A stretch of 64,000 nucleotides of DNA from Candidatus Woesearchaeota archaeon (GTDB lineage Archaea > Nanobdellota > Nanobdellia > Woesearchaeales > DSVV01), in contig JABHXF010000009.1 in NCBI GenBank assembly GCA_018657385.1, positions 2,554 to 66,553 of the forward strand, in the 5' to 3' direction. The number at the start of each line of letters is the position of its first letter. Within the stretch, counting starts at the first letter, position 1. This document shows positions 38,198-48,462 of this stretch, piece by piece. A program made the position numbers and the translations under genes. The notes under the pieces are model-generated. The model was not told where the DNA came from, did no database searches, and was given only the letters and a program-made list of their open reading frames with translations.

Positions 38198-41100
38198 TTA
38201 ACAGCCATAATCGCCTTCATCAGTGATTACAAACTCATCTCCACCTAATTGAGTGCAAATAGGTGCAGTATATTTTTCTTTTTGTGAATCTGTCCAAGTA
38301 TCCACGTCCATGATTTTCAAACAAACATAATCAAACCTACATTCTGTATCAATTTCATCACATATAAAAGTTGTTTCATCACCAGCATAATGTGTTCTAT
38401 GAACACCCTTAGGATTATTCACAACAAACTCATCATTCCAACCAATTTGTCCAGTTGCTTTGCTTTCAAAAGATTTTTCAGAATCACATTTATTATAAAG
38501 ATAAACAATACCATGCAGTGCCCCAATTGTTTGAAGACTAAATGAATATCTATAAATTCCTTCATCAACGATTTCTCGTTCACCACCAATTGTTGCAATT
38601 ATCTCTCCTTCATCCAAATATCCTAAATTAAAACCAAAATTATGTTCTTGTGTTATAGTTAGTCCTGAAATTACATCAGTTTCACTACTTCCAGTATTAT
38701 AATAATCCATAGTACAAACAGAATCATACAACCAATATTCCATTTTATTGAAAAAGTTTCCTGTCCAATCATCCAACAAAGTTCCAAACACACTTTCTAC
38801 TCTAGATCTAAATTCAAAGTTTAATGTATCATAAACTTTATCCATTCTTTTTTGTGCTCCTGGACAATTTGGTCCTTTATAACTATTTTTATCACAATCT
38901 TCAATCATTTTTTCAATTGAATCAACTGGATTTGTTGCACATGCTTTTTCTCCTTGATATGTTGTACAAAAAGTATCACCATCATAATCATGTTTACATC
39001 CTGTTAATTTATCACATTTAACAGCTGAACAACCAGAATTAGGATTTGATGCTTCTGCTGCTGAACAAGGAACTTTTTTACCTTTTTCTTCTTTCACGTA
39101 TACAAAACCTTCTGTTCCTTGGAAAACACTATCATGTTTAAACATAAATGAAGCTTTAGTAGGATCACACTCCTCTACTTTAGCGTCGCAAACAGCCAAA
39201 TCACCATTACTATCTAAGCCAGCAATATTTTCAGGTGGTTTGTATTCTTTTTTAGCTTTTGCTGCTGCTTCAGCTTCTGCTTTTTTCTTTGCTTCTTCTT
39301 CTGCTTTTTTCTTTTTTTCTTCTTCAGCTTTCTTTTTCTCTTCTTCAGCTTTTTTCTTTTCTGCAGCTTCTTTTGCTTTTTCTTCTTCTGTTTTTTCTTT
39401 TCCTTCTTTCTTTTCTTCTTCAGCTTTTGCTTCTACTTCTTTAGCTTTTGCTGCTGCTTCTTTTTCTGCCTTTGCTTTTGCTTCATTCTCTTCTTTAACT
39501 TTTTCATCAATAACTTCTTCTTTCAATGCTTTTGCTTGTGGTCCTAATTCACCATCTTTATATTTAATTAATTTTGTTTTATCTTTTTCTGTATAACCAA
39601 CAGGATCACCTTTAGCATCATAATAAATTGTTTCTCCTGTTTTTTTATTTTTAAAAGCTTTAGTATGTTCTCCTGCATCAACAACTTCATAAGTTCCTTT
39701 ACTTGTTGTTATAATTTGTCCAGAAGTAAATGAAGCAGTCCATGGAGTTACTGGAATTATTGGAGTTGGTGAAACACCACCAGGCATTGTTCCTGATTTT
39801 TGTTTTAATTCCTGTTTCTTTTTCTGTTCCTCAACTAATTCTTTTGCTCCCTCTAGAACATCATTTCTTTCATTAAAATTCTGAACATCTTCTTGAGCTA
39901 ATTTTGTTAAGAATGCAAGATTCATATCATCCTCTTCAATTGTATCAACTAAATCATCAAAATGATCATCTAAACCTTTACATAGTTTTGGATCACACTC
40001 TGTGTATGTAACTTGATCTTTATTAACACCTGCCTGAAAAGAATCAACTATACCTACAACTTTTCCTTTATTGTTAATAACAACATATTGGTTATCTATT
40101 TTAGTATTACCAAAATATAAGGATTCACCAGATTTTGGATTAGAACTAAATTTTTGATAAGTACTGCCACCATAAATTATATCCCCTAACTGAGGCGAAT
40201 TAGGATAATAAACCATTTCAACTCTTTCATCTCCTTTACCAACACCAACTTTTACTTTTCTGACATTACCATCTTCGTCAAATGTTAGTGTTCTTGCATT
40301 ATCAAAACTTTCAATATTTTTTTGTGAGCCAGTAAAACCACCCCAATTATTAGGATTAACTTCACCATCTCCTTCAGATAATATTGTCAATTCTGTTTCT
40401 CCTTCATTATTCTCAGAAAATTCATAAACATGTTCATCAGTATCCCAACCAGCAATTGCAACATAACATCTTTTTCCTTTACAAACGAAACCATCATCTT
40501 CAAAACTTCTACCTTGCATATCTTGAGAAATTCTTCCGTAAAGCAAAGCAATTTCTTTTTCTGATAATTTAGAATCTTTAAAAGCAGTTTCATAAACTCT
40601 TTGTGGAATTTCAACTTCATTCCCCCCTATATCTGTATATTTATAATGGGTTATTCCATCATCATCTACATGTGTTCTAATATATTTTCCAGACACCTCT
40701 GAACCTAATCCTTTTGACGAAGAACCAAGTCTAAGTTTATAGTTACTATGACCTAATTTCAAAGAATCTTTGTCTAGATAAGCTTTAACATCCCTCTGGA
40801 TTAAGTCTAAAACAGCTCCAATTTGTTCTTTTGCAGATTCACATTTATCAGGAAATTGTGTACAATCTAGAGAACCAACAGATTTAATAACTCCAAAATT
40901 ATCTACTACAACTTCTTTGTCTTCCCCATCAATTTCTACTTTACCTTTCCATCTACCTTGAGTTCCATCACCTACAAATTCAAAGTTTCTTCCATCAGTA
41001 TCTTTAATATTTCTTTTCCCTGTTAGAGGGGAATAAGATGCAATTAATCCATTATTCATTTTAATTTCATATTCATCTAAAGCAGTGCCTGTTTTGAATT

Positions 41101-44100
41101 TATAGGTTAAAACCCCATTATATCTTAAATTTTCAAGACCTGTATTTTCATCAGACATGCCTCGTTGATAATTTTCTTCGAAAAATTCTAATCTATCAGA
41201 ATCATCATCACCAACCCTAGGTCCGATTAGAGTATCTTCAGAATGTTTACTTCTAAAATCTTCATATATTCTTACAACTTTTTCACCATTAACAATGTCT
41301 ACTGTAAAAACATTACCATCAACTGCACATGCAAAACTTCCACATTTCATTTTCATTGCTGCACCATTTAATGTTTTATCATCATATCTTGTTGCAATTG
41401 CTTCATACAATAATGCAACATCTTCTTCTTCCATAATTGTTTGATCTAAAATATTTTTAGAAGTATCAATCTTTGTCATTTGCATTAATTCATTATATGC
41501 ACCTTTTGGAATCTTTAATTTTTTATCTTGATCTGATGTTGGATTTAAATAATATTCAACAATACCATTGTTTGTTTCTTTTTTGAATTTAGAGAAAAGC
41601 TGAGGAGTTATTGGCTCTGTTCCTTGAGCCATAAATTGTTTTAGTCTTAGTTCATCTCTCATTACCCTTAAATCAGCAACCATAGCATTTTGTGTTTGAG
41701 GATCTGCTATCCCACTTGGAACACATTTTGAATCTGCTATATTACCATAACATGAAACTTCTTTATTCTTATCTTTAGTTTTATAACACTTCTTTTCTTC
41801 ACAATAATGCTTATTTCCTAAATCTCTGTCAATGATTCTTTGTTGGTATTCTTTCAAACTTAAAGTTCCATCTTGATCTGATTTAACATCTAAAAATATT
41901 AGAGCTGATTGAATTTCTTTAGCATCTCCAAACTCAAACTGGCCAGGTCCTTTATCTAATCCCTTTAAACCATCAATAACAGGATTCATTCCAGTGTCTG
42001 CTTCTGAAACATAACCAACTTTAATTGTATCAGCAACACCTGTTGCAGCTTCTTCAGCTACTTGTTGAGATAAACCAGGCACAGTTTTGGTTGGTGCTTC
42101 TGTTAGTGTTATTAATTTACCAATAACCTCACTAGGATCACCAGTTGTTAATTCTCCTGTTACCATACTTGCTCTATCCCCATTTTGATCATAACAATAT
42201 TGTTTATCATAACAATAAACATTTCCTTTATTTGTTTCTACAATATCGTAAAATAATGTTTCATCTTCAACTTTAATAGTCAAAACAGTTCCAGTTACTG
42301 ATGCAGTTCCTCCTGTTGCCTCAAATAGTTTAATAGGAGCTTTAGTTTCAACTACAACTTGAGAAACAATACTAACATCTGGAGCAGCTTGTAATGCAGC
42401 AGTTTTAGCAAAATCACCAATGTTTTCTTCAGCATATTGTTCTGTTATAACACCATTTTGATAAACATCTCTTCTTTCTTTCCCAAGTGCATCTATATAT
42501 GCTAATGTTCCTGTTTGGAAAGGAACTATATTTCCATCTTCTTGTAAAATTTGCATATCACCACTCAAACTTTTAAAAATTCTCTGCCCATCATATGAAC
42601 CCCCACCTATTTTTGTTCCAACAGGACTAAAAAATTCACCTTTACCCCCACCAGAAATAACAAGAATAGAATCTTCACCAGTAAATCTACCATTATCAAC
42701 AACTTGATAATTTCCTTGATTATCTACAACTATGAATTCAGTGGTTACCTGCTTTGTTTTTTTATCAATACTTTTTTTTACATAAACTCTTCCTGATGGT
42801 GTTAAAAACTCAGTGGATTCAACACTAAAAAGACCATAACCATTATCAACCCCAAGAAGAATACCATCATTAGTTGTATCAACCATTTCTTTTTGTGCAT
42901 TACGAAACTTACCAGCTGCAGAATTATCCTTCTCATCTAATTTTCCAGATAATAATGCATAACGTACTTTTCCACTTGCATCAAAACTTTTTACAGGAAC
43001 AGTGGAACTAGAAGGCAACTTGAAATATTCTTTTCCCATCTTCAAACAAAAATTATTACTACCACAAGAATAAACTTGTTTTCCTGTTGCAGTAGAATAT
43101 GATGTTGGTGTTGGTTTTTTAACATCTTCTGTTGGTTCCCACTTTTGTGTCAGTTTTACACCTGCACTTTTAAGTGAATCTGGAGTACCATCACTAATTG
43201 GTTTTGGTTTTTTTAATTTCAAATCAATAACTTGTTGTTGTGGAGCTTCTTCAATATATACTAAATCATCTGGTAAAATATCAGGTTCGTTTGCTAATTC
43301 CATAACTTGGTCATAATTAACCTTTTTTATAACCATACCAGTAGAGGTGATAACAACCTGCTCGCCGTTATTATTAACCATCATTAATTTACCTTCATTA
43401 TCACGTTTATAACCAAACATTCCATCTACTTCAAGATAAGCACCATTCTTTTTTGTTTTAACCCTATATGTTTCAATAAATCCTAAACTATCAAGAACTA
43501 TTTGGCCATTATTAAGTGTTAATGTTTGACCTTTAACTTGGTTTCCACTTAAATCATAAACTTCACCTGCAGTTGTTTTAAAATATTTTTTAGTTGACTT
43601 CCCACCAATACTTAATGGTGTAACATCATGTGTAACATCATCATTATCAAATAATAATGTATGTTCTTCAATACCTTGTGGAGTAACTTTCTGCAACTTG
43701 AATGTTTTTTTACCTGGATTAGAAATCTTTTTCCATTCTAAATTAGTAGAAAGATAATATAGATGACCATCAACACCCTCAATAACAGTTTGTTCCTGCC
43801 TTGCATCATCAATTGCACTTGATGGATGAAAAATATAAGGTATTCCAACAGGTTCAGGAGGAATAATTGAATTCTGCTTTTCAAGAGCTATTCTCATTGC
43901 TTTTTGTTGTGCTTCACTATATTTTTGTTCTTCAATATCATCTGAAGTTAAAACTTTATTCCCTTTATTAGTATCAACCCAAACTTGTTCATTATTACTA
44001 TTAACTGTTAATATTTGCCCATTTGAATCTTTTACAAGTCCTAATTGAGAATCTCTTACAGTATATACACCATTTAATCCTGTAGGAACTAAAACATTAT

Positions 44101-44596
44101 TAACATATCCATTTTTTGTTATCTTAACTTGGCCACCACCTAATGAAAATGATTGTGTAACAATCTCTGAGTCTAAGCCAATAACAACATTATCAGATCT
44201 TAAAAAATAATTATTACTTGTTTTACTACCAACTGTGATAGGTTTTATAGAAATTACTTTGTTAGCCTTGTCAATAATATAAGTCTTCTTTTTCTGAGTT
44301 GCTGTTGTATCAATAATAGTAACTCTCCTATCTGATGTTTTTGGTTGATATAATACTAATGGTTTTCCTGTTCCTAAAACATAAAGTTTCCCATCATTTC
44401 CTAATGTTGCGGGGATAATCTTTTTACCTTCTAAAATATTTACTTCTTTACCTTCTATTGATTTTTTTGCAAAGCCAACAACATCATCTGATTTATTAGA
44501 TTGTTGATACTCTTGGCTGTTAAACATTAAGAAAGCAGAAGCTATGATAACTAATGTAATCATAAACATTGCTAATCTGAACTTTCTCTTTGGCAT
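38198..44596 (-). CDS. family C giant protein (2132 aa): signal anchor, internally duplicated beta-rich N-terminal region, repeated C-x(n)-C-Y knuckles, K/E/A-rich low-complexity region, conserved Cys-rich C-terminal domain
   Basis: Uninterrupted 6.4-kb ORF. N-terminus MPKRKFRLAMFMITLVIIASAF parallels MPKQHFRKAVSMIVLVMFLFSM of the 775-aa paralog. The C-terminal domain is shared with it. Confidence 0.8.
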   Translation of the reverse strand: MPKRKFRLAMFMITLVIIASAFLMFNSQEYQQSNKSDDVVGFAKKSIEGKEVNILEGKKIIPATLGNDGKLYVLGTGKPLVLYQPKTSDRRVTIIDTTATQKKKTYIIDKANKVISIKPITVGSKTSNNYFLRSDNVVIGLDSEIVTQSFSLGGGQVKITKNGYVNNVLVPTGLNGVYTVRDSQLGLVKDSNGQILTVNSNNEQVWVDTNKGNKVLTSDDIEEQKYSEAQQKAMRIALEKQNSIIPPEPVGIPYIFHPSSAIDDARQEQTVIEGVDGHLYYLSTNLEWKKISNPGKKTFKLQKVTPQGIEEHTLLFDNDDVTHDVTPLSIGGKSTKKYFKTTAGEVYDLSGNQVKGQTLTLNNGQIVLDSLGFIETYRVKTKKNGAYLEVDGMFGYKRDNEGKLMMVNNNGEQVVITSTGMVIKKVNYDQVMELANEPDILPDDLVYIEEAPQQQVIDLKLKKPKPISDGTPDSLKSAGVKLTQKWEPTEDVKKPTPTSYSTATGKQVYSCGSNNFCLKMGKEYFKLPSSSTVPVKSFDASGKVRYALLSGKLDEKDNSAAGKFRNAQKEMVDTTNDGILLGVDNGYGLFSVESTEFLTPSGRVYVKKSIDKKTKQVTTEFIVVDNQGNYQVVDNGRFTGEDSILVISGGGKGEFFSPVGTKIGGGSYDGQRIFKSLSGDMQILQEDGNIVPFQTGTLAYIDALGKERRDVYQNGVITEQYAEENIGDFAKTAALQAAPDVSIVSQVVVETKAPIKLFEATGGTASVTGTVLTIKVEDETLFYDIVETNKGNVYCYDKQYCYDQNGDRASMVTGELTTGDPSEVIGKLITLTEAPTKTVPGLSQQVAEEAATGVADTIKVGYVSEADTGMNPVIDGLKGLDKGPGQFEFGDAKEIQSALIFLDVKSDQDGTLSLKEYQQRIIDRDLGNKHYCEEKKCYKTKDKNKEVSCYGNIADSKCVPSGIADPQTQNAMVADLRVMRDELRLKQFMAQGTEPITPQLFSKFKKETNNGIVEYYLNPTSDQDKKLKIPKGAYNELMQMTKIDTSKNILDQTIMEEEDVALLYEAIATRYDDKTLNGAAMKMKCGSFACAVDGNVFTVDIVNGEKVVRIYEDFRSKHSEDTLIGPRVGDDDSDRLEFFEENYQRGMSDENTGLENLRYNGVLTYKFKTGTALDEYEIKMNNGLIASYSPLTGKRNIKDTDGRNFEFVGDGTQGRWKGKVEIDGEDKEVVVDNFGVIKSVGSLDCTQFPDKCESAKEQIGAVLDLIQRDVKAYLDKDSLKLGHSNYKLRLGSSSKGLGSEVSGKYIRTHVDDDGITHYKYTDIGGNEVEIPQRVYETAFKDSKLSEKEIALLYGRISQDMQGRSFEDDGFVCKGKRCYVAIAGWDTDEHVYEFSENNEGETELTILSEGDGEVNPNNWGGFTGSQKNIESFDNARTLTFDEDGNVRKVKVGVGKGDERVEMVYYPNSPQLGDIIYGGSTYQKFSSNPKSGESLYFGNTKIDNQYVVINNKGKVVGIVDSFQAGVNKDQVTYTECDPKLCKGLDDHFDDLVDTIEEDDMNLAFLTKLAQEDVQNFNERNDVLEGAKELVEEQKKKQELKQKSGTMPGGVSPTPIIPVTPWTASFTSGQIITTSKGTYEVVDAGEHTKAFKNKKTGETIYYDAKGDPVGYTEKDKTKLIKYKDGELGPQAKALKEEVIDEKVKEENEAKAKAEKEAAAKAKEVEAKAEEEKKEGKEKTEEEKAKEAAEKKKAEEEKKKAEEEKKKKAEEEAKKKAEAEAAAKAKKEYKPPENIAGLDSNGDLAVCDAKVEECDPTKASFMFKHDSVFQGTEGFVYVKEEKGKKVPCSAAEASNPNSGCSAVKCDKLTGCKHDYDGDTFCTTYQGEKACATNPVDSIEKMIEDCDKNSYKGPNCPGAQKRMDKVYDTLNFEFRSRVESVFGTLLDDWTGNFFNKMEYWLYDSVCTMDYYNTGSSETDVISGLTITQEHNFGFNLGYLDEGEIIATIGGEREIVDEGIYRYSFSLQTIGALHGIVYLYNKCDSEKSFESKATGQIGWNDEFVVNNPKGVHRTHYAGDETTFICDEIDTECRFDYVCLKIMDVDTWTDSQKEKYTAPICTQLGGDEFVITDEGDYGC

Positions 44597-44693
44597 TCAA
44601 CTCACTCTATATAATAAAGCTTGTAAGGCTAGTAGGGCTTGTAAGGCAAATTTGCCTCAATCCTTTCAAGCTCCAAACCATCCTAACTTCTTA

Positions 44694-47600
44694 TTAATCA
44701 TACTCTGGAATAGTCCCATACTCTTTTGCTTGATCACTAAATTCTTTATCTACTTCATCATCATCATCACTACTACCGCCCCAATCAAAGGCATCATCCA
44801 TCTCTTCATATAGCTGTTTAACATTTGTAATTAAGTCTAATATACTTAAAACACCAACAATGAAGTTTCTTACCCTTACTCCACCACAACTTAATCTTTG
44901 TGCCTTAGTTACTCCTGTACAACCAATTTCAAATGCTCTTGTCACTAATGATGAAACAAGTTTAGTAGCATATTGTTTTAATAAATCAGGTAAAATATGC
45001 ATGAATTGACCAAATGTTAACATACAAAATATTCTCCAACCCATATTAGGACAATCTTCAATATCTTCCCCTAATAAATAAGCTTTATTGTAACAAGTAT
45101 TTTGCGCAACTAATATTCTCTTAACCATTTCTAATGTTCTAATAATCGTAGGAACACAAGGTGGCCAACATATCAAAGCTACCCAAAAGTTTTTATGAGG
45201 ATCAAATGGGAACCTTATTTGCGAACTTCCAGTCCAATATTCAGCAGGATCAATTGGATTTCCTGAAACTTCATTAAGTGTTGCAGGATCAATACCTTTT
45301 TTACCAAACAGTGAATATGTTAATTGATCTGGTGTCCATTCATCAATATTCCATTTTCCACCAGTAATTTTACTATTCCAAACACTACTACATTCTGAAC
45401 ATAATGTTAGATCACAAATAAAACCTAAACTTAAAGCATTTTTACTGTTCCATTGGTTTTTCATATTACCTACTTCACCAACATCAGCTGGATCACCATC
45501 TTTACCATACCAAATCTTAGTCAACAAATCAACTCCTAACTTACACTCATGAGCTGCTGCTGTAGCAGGTGAAAATGCTGCTGTAAAACCTTCATAGATC
45601 ATACAAATATTATTCCATATTTGCATTACAAGATTAATCATCTTACAATATGGTGCAATATATTCAACATATTTTAAGACATCAATAATAGTATTTAATG
45701 TATCAATGGTATCTTTATATTCTAAAACCTTATCTAATGTACTATCAGCTGGATTGCTAAATATTTCTTTTCCCAATGGAACTTCTAAAGAAAATACAAG
45801 AACTTCATTAGGTGAATAAGCTTTTTTACCAGCATAAGAACTTTGAATAATTTCAGCTTTACATGCAATTGTTAATGGCTCAGGTGTTTCATCATAATCT
45901 TTTTCAGTAGCTGCTTTTAATTCTGCTTCTGTTGCCTCAAACTGGGGTATTGCAAGCATTACTTCTTTTTGTTCTCTACTTTGTAATAAACTATCAGTCA
46001 TATAAGTTTGAGAAATAATTGCTGCTGGCTTAATATCTTCAGCAGTAAAAGCTTCTCCCCTTGCAACTGTACATTCACCAATATTAATATCATGAACAAA
46101 TGACCCTGAAATTTTCCTATATTCTGATAAGTCAAGTTCCATCCTAAAAAAGGTTTGAGTTGACATGTGCAAAAAGTTTCTATTTAATTCATAGCCATAA
46201 TCATAAATGTCTGTAATATCTAATTCAAATTCATCTTCGAAAAAATCAACATTACCCTCAACAAGGTCATAAATTTTAAATTTGTCAGTATTATCCTCAT
46301 TAGTGTTGCCTGCTGCATCTGTTGCTTGTAAATTAAAAAAGTATGTGCCTGCAATTGGCACTGTAGGAAGCTCCCATGTACATAAATAAAGATATTCTCT
46401 GTAAGGGAAATTTCTATATTTATCATCTATGCCTTCTACTAATGCTGGTTCAACTAAATCACAACTTGTAGCAGGAGTTGGAGTTGGCCAATGCTCTTCA
46501 ATATTTAATTGTGCAAAAACCTTTGAAGGATCTAAAATACTACCATACTCCATAACATATGCATTAATTACTATTATTTCTTCAGGTGAAGTTGTAATTA
46601 TTTGCCCAGCTTTTGTTGAGCCACCACCATAGGCTTGTCCTGCTGTATCAGCTTCTGCTGCTGAATCTTCTGGAGTAAAACCAGGAGCTGGTTCTTGTAT
46701 TGGTGCCTCATCACTTGGAGTAAAACCAACTGCTTGCCCACCTAATGCACCTGCAGAAGTAACATCCATTAAAATAATTTCAGGAGCAAGGTTATCAAAT
46801 ATTAAATCTTGCTCTAATGATTCTGAATATTCTGTAGAAACTTTGTTTCCTGCAATATCAGCTGTATCAAAATGAACTCTTGCTTTTTGCTTAACATAAT
46901 ATAGTCCTGTTAATGGATCTCCTTTTGGATTTTCTTGAGCAAGCTTACTAGGATTAATATTTTTCCAAACACATGAAAATAATCCAGAATCACCAGAACT
47001 ACAATTATATGCTTTTTTCTTTGCTTCTCCTGTAACATCTTTTAAGTCAAGGAAAACATCATTTGCATCTAACCCAGAGCCAATCTCAATAAAATCAACA
47101 TAAATAACATTTTTATTTGTGTCGTTAAGATAAAGAATAGTTTTATCAGTATAAATTGCTCCAACTTCAGGTGGTTTATCATCAATATTAACTGAAAGTG
47201 TAAAATCACCTTCTGCTTTGTTTTCATCTATATCTGAAACAGAAACTTTTGCAGATAAACCTTCAGGATTATTTAACTTAATTCCATTCCAAACAAATTC
47301 ATAAATAGTTATAGTATTATCTTCACCTTCACCAACATCACCTAAATCAAGTTCATAAGTTTTAAAGGAAGAAGGTTTTTTGTTTTCATAACTTGTTTCT
47401 GAAGGGTTTAAGCCTAAGAAATCTGCTGTAACATCACTTGTACTAAGAAGATTATCATCTGAAATATTTAAATAAAGATCTACTTGAGGTATTTCATCCT
47501 TTATTATATAATTTAGTGGCAGTCCATTTTTCTTTGCAGTTAAATCACCCATAAAAATTGGAGCAGTTAAATCTAAATTAATTGGTTTACATTTTTCATC

Positions 47601-48458
47601 TTCATTTCCTACTTTATCTTTTCCAGAAATACAAAATTCAGTAATACCACCTGTAATACCTAATGATTCATAAGTAAACTCTATATCATCTTCTGTATAT
47701 TCACATTCATCAAAAGTAGTAATTGTATGGAATGGATCTAATGCTTCTCCTTCTTCTTTAAGAAATAAATTTAATTCTCCTAATCCTGCACACTTATTTT
47801 TACAACCTGAAGTACATGCAAAATCCTCTCCATAAACATCAATAAAAATTTTACCTTCTTCTGCACTTTTTGAGGGATATATATTTACTTTTGGTGATAA
47901 ACCATCAACATACATTTCTCCATTAGCACTATCAATTATTGCTAAATATTGATCAGTTAAAGTAACATCATACCCAAGTTTTCCTGCGTAATTATTATAT
48001 GCAGGGTGTTCAATTATACATGTATAAGTACTTGTGCCTTCACCATCTGATGTACACTCAGGGAATAATGTTGGACCTTCATTAAATCTAATTCTTACTT
48101 GATTGTTTTCAAGTTCTTCTAAAGTATAAATTATAGACATTGTGAGTTTAACAAAATCATCATCATTTGTTGAGGTATAATCTTCAATGTCATCTGCACC
48201 AGAAGCAAAAACAGATGATATTTGTCCTTCAATATCTTCATCAATTACATCTCCAATATCGCCGTTATCGGCGTAAGCAGAGCTAACATAGAAGGGTAAT
48301 AAGATGATCAAACATATCATAAATGATGCTAAAAATCTCTTTGTTGACTTACTTTGGATATCACTTCCTAAACTATTTTCTAAGTTATTTCCAAGGCCAG
48401 TTCCATTCTTGTTTGTTACTGTATTATTTGATTGGTTTTTTTCTTGCATTTTGATCAC
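44694..48458 (-). CDS. giant secreted protein, family B (B2, 1254 aa)
   Basis: Signal ...LLPFYVSSAYA/DNG parallels B1. Recurring D-x3-P segment boundaries. Cys-rich hydrophobic C-terminal module collinear with B1. Confidence 0.75.
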   Translation of the reverse strand: MIKMQEKNQSNNTVTNKNGTGLGNNLENSLGSDIQSKSTKRFLASFMICLIILLPFYVSSAYADNGDIGDVIDEDIEGQISSVFASGADDIEDYTSTNDDDFVKLTMSIIYTLEELENNQVRIRFNEGPTLFPECTSDGEGTSTYTCIIEHPAYNNYAGKLGYDVTLTDQYLAIIDSANGEMYVDGLSPKVNIYPSKSAEEGKIFIDVYGEDFACTSGCKNKCAGLGELNLFLKEEGEALDPFHTITTFDECEYTEDDIEFTYESLGITGGITEFCISGKDKVGNEDEKCKPINLDLTAPIFMGDLTAKKNGLPLNYIIKDEIPQVDLYLNISDDNLLSTSDVTADFLGLNPSETSYENKKPSSFKTYELDLGDVGEGEDNTITIYEFVWNGIKLNNPEGLSAKVSVSDIDENKAEGDFTLSVNIDDKPPEVGAIYTDKTILYLNDTNKNVIYVDFIEIGSGLDANDVFLDLKDVTGEAKKKAYNCSSGDSGLFSCVWKNINPSKLAQENPKGDPLTGLYYVKQKARVHFDTADIAGNKVSTEYSESLEQDLIFDNLAPEIILMDVTSAGALGGQAVGFTPSDEAPIQEPAPGFTPEDSAAEADTAGQAYGGGSTKAGQIITTSPEEIIVINAYVMEYGSILDPSKVFAQLNIEEHWPTPTPATSCDLVEPALVEGIDDKYRNFPYREYLYLCTWELPTVPIAGTYFFNLQATDAAGNTNEDNTDKFKIYDLVEGNVDFFEDEFELDITDIYDYGYELNRNFLHMSTQTFFRMELDLSEYRKISGSFVHDINIGECTVARGEAFTAEDIKPAAIISQTYMTDSLLQSREQKEVMLAIPQFEATEAELKAATEKDYDETPEPLTIACKAEIIQSSYAGKKAYSPNEVLVFSLEVPLGKEIFSNPADSTLDKVLEYKDTIDTLNTIIDVLKYVEYIAPYCKMINLVMQIWNNICMIYEGFTAAFSPATAAAHECKLGVDLLTKIWYGKDGDPADVGEVGNMKNQWNSKNALSLGFICDLTLCSECSSVWNSKITGGKWNIDEWTPDQLTYSLFGKKGIDPATLNEVSGNPIDPAEYWTGSSQIRFPFDPHKNFWVALICWPPCVPTIIRTLEMVKRILVAQNTCYNKAYLLGEDIEDCPNMGWRIFCMLTFGQFMHILPDLLKQYATKLVSSLVTRAFEIGCTGVTKAQRLSCGGVRVRNFIVGVLSILDLITNVKQLYEEMDDAFDWGGSSDDDDEVDKEFSDQAKEYGTIPEYD

Positions 48459-48462
48459 AATC

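Noticed and set aside
39240-39596. + strand ORFs encoding poly-Ala/Ser/Phe and poly-Leu strings
   Set aside because: They are antisense to the K/E/A-rich low-complexity segment of the 2132-aa protein.
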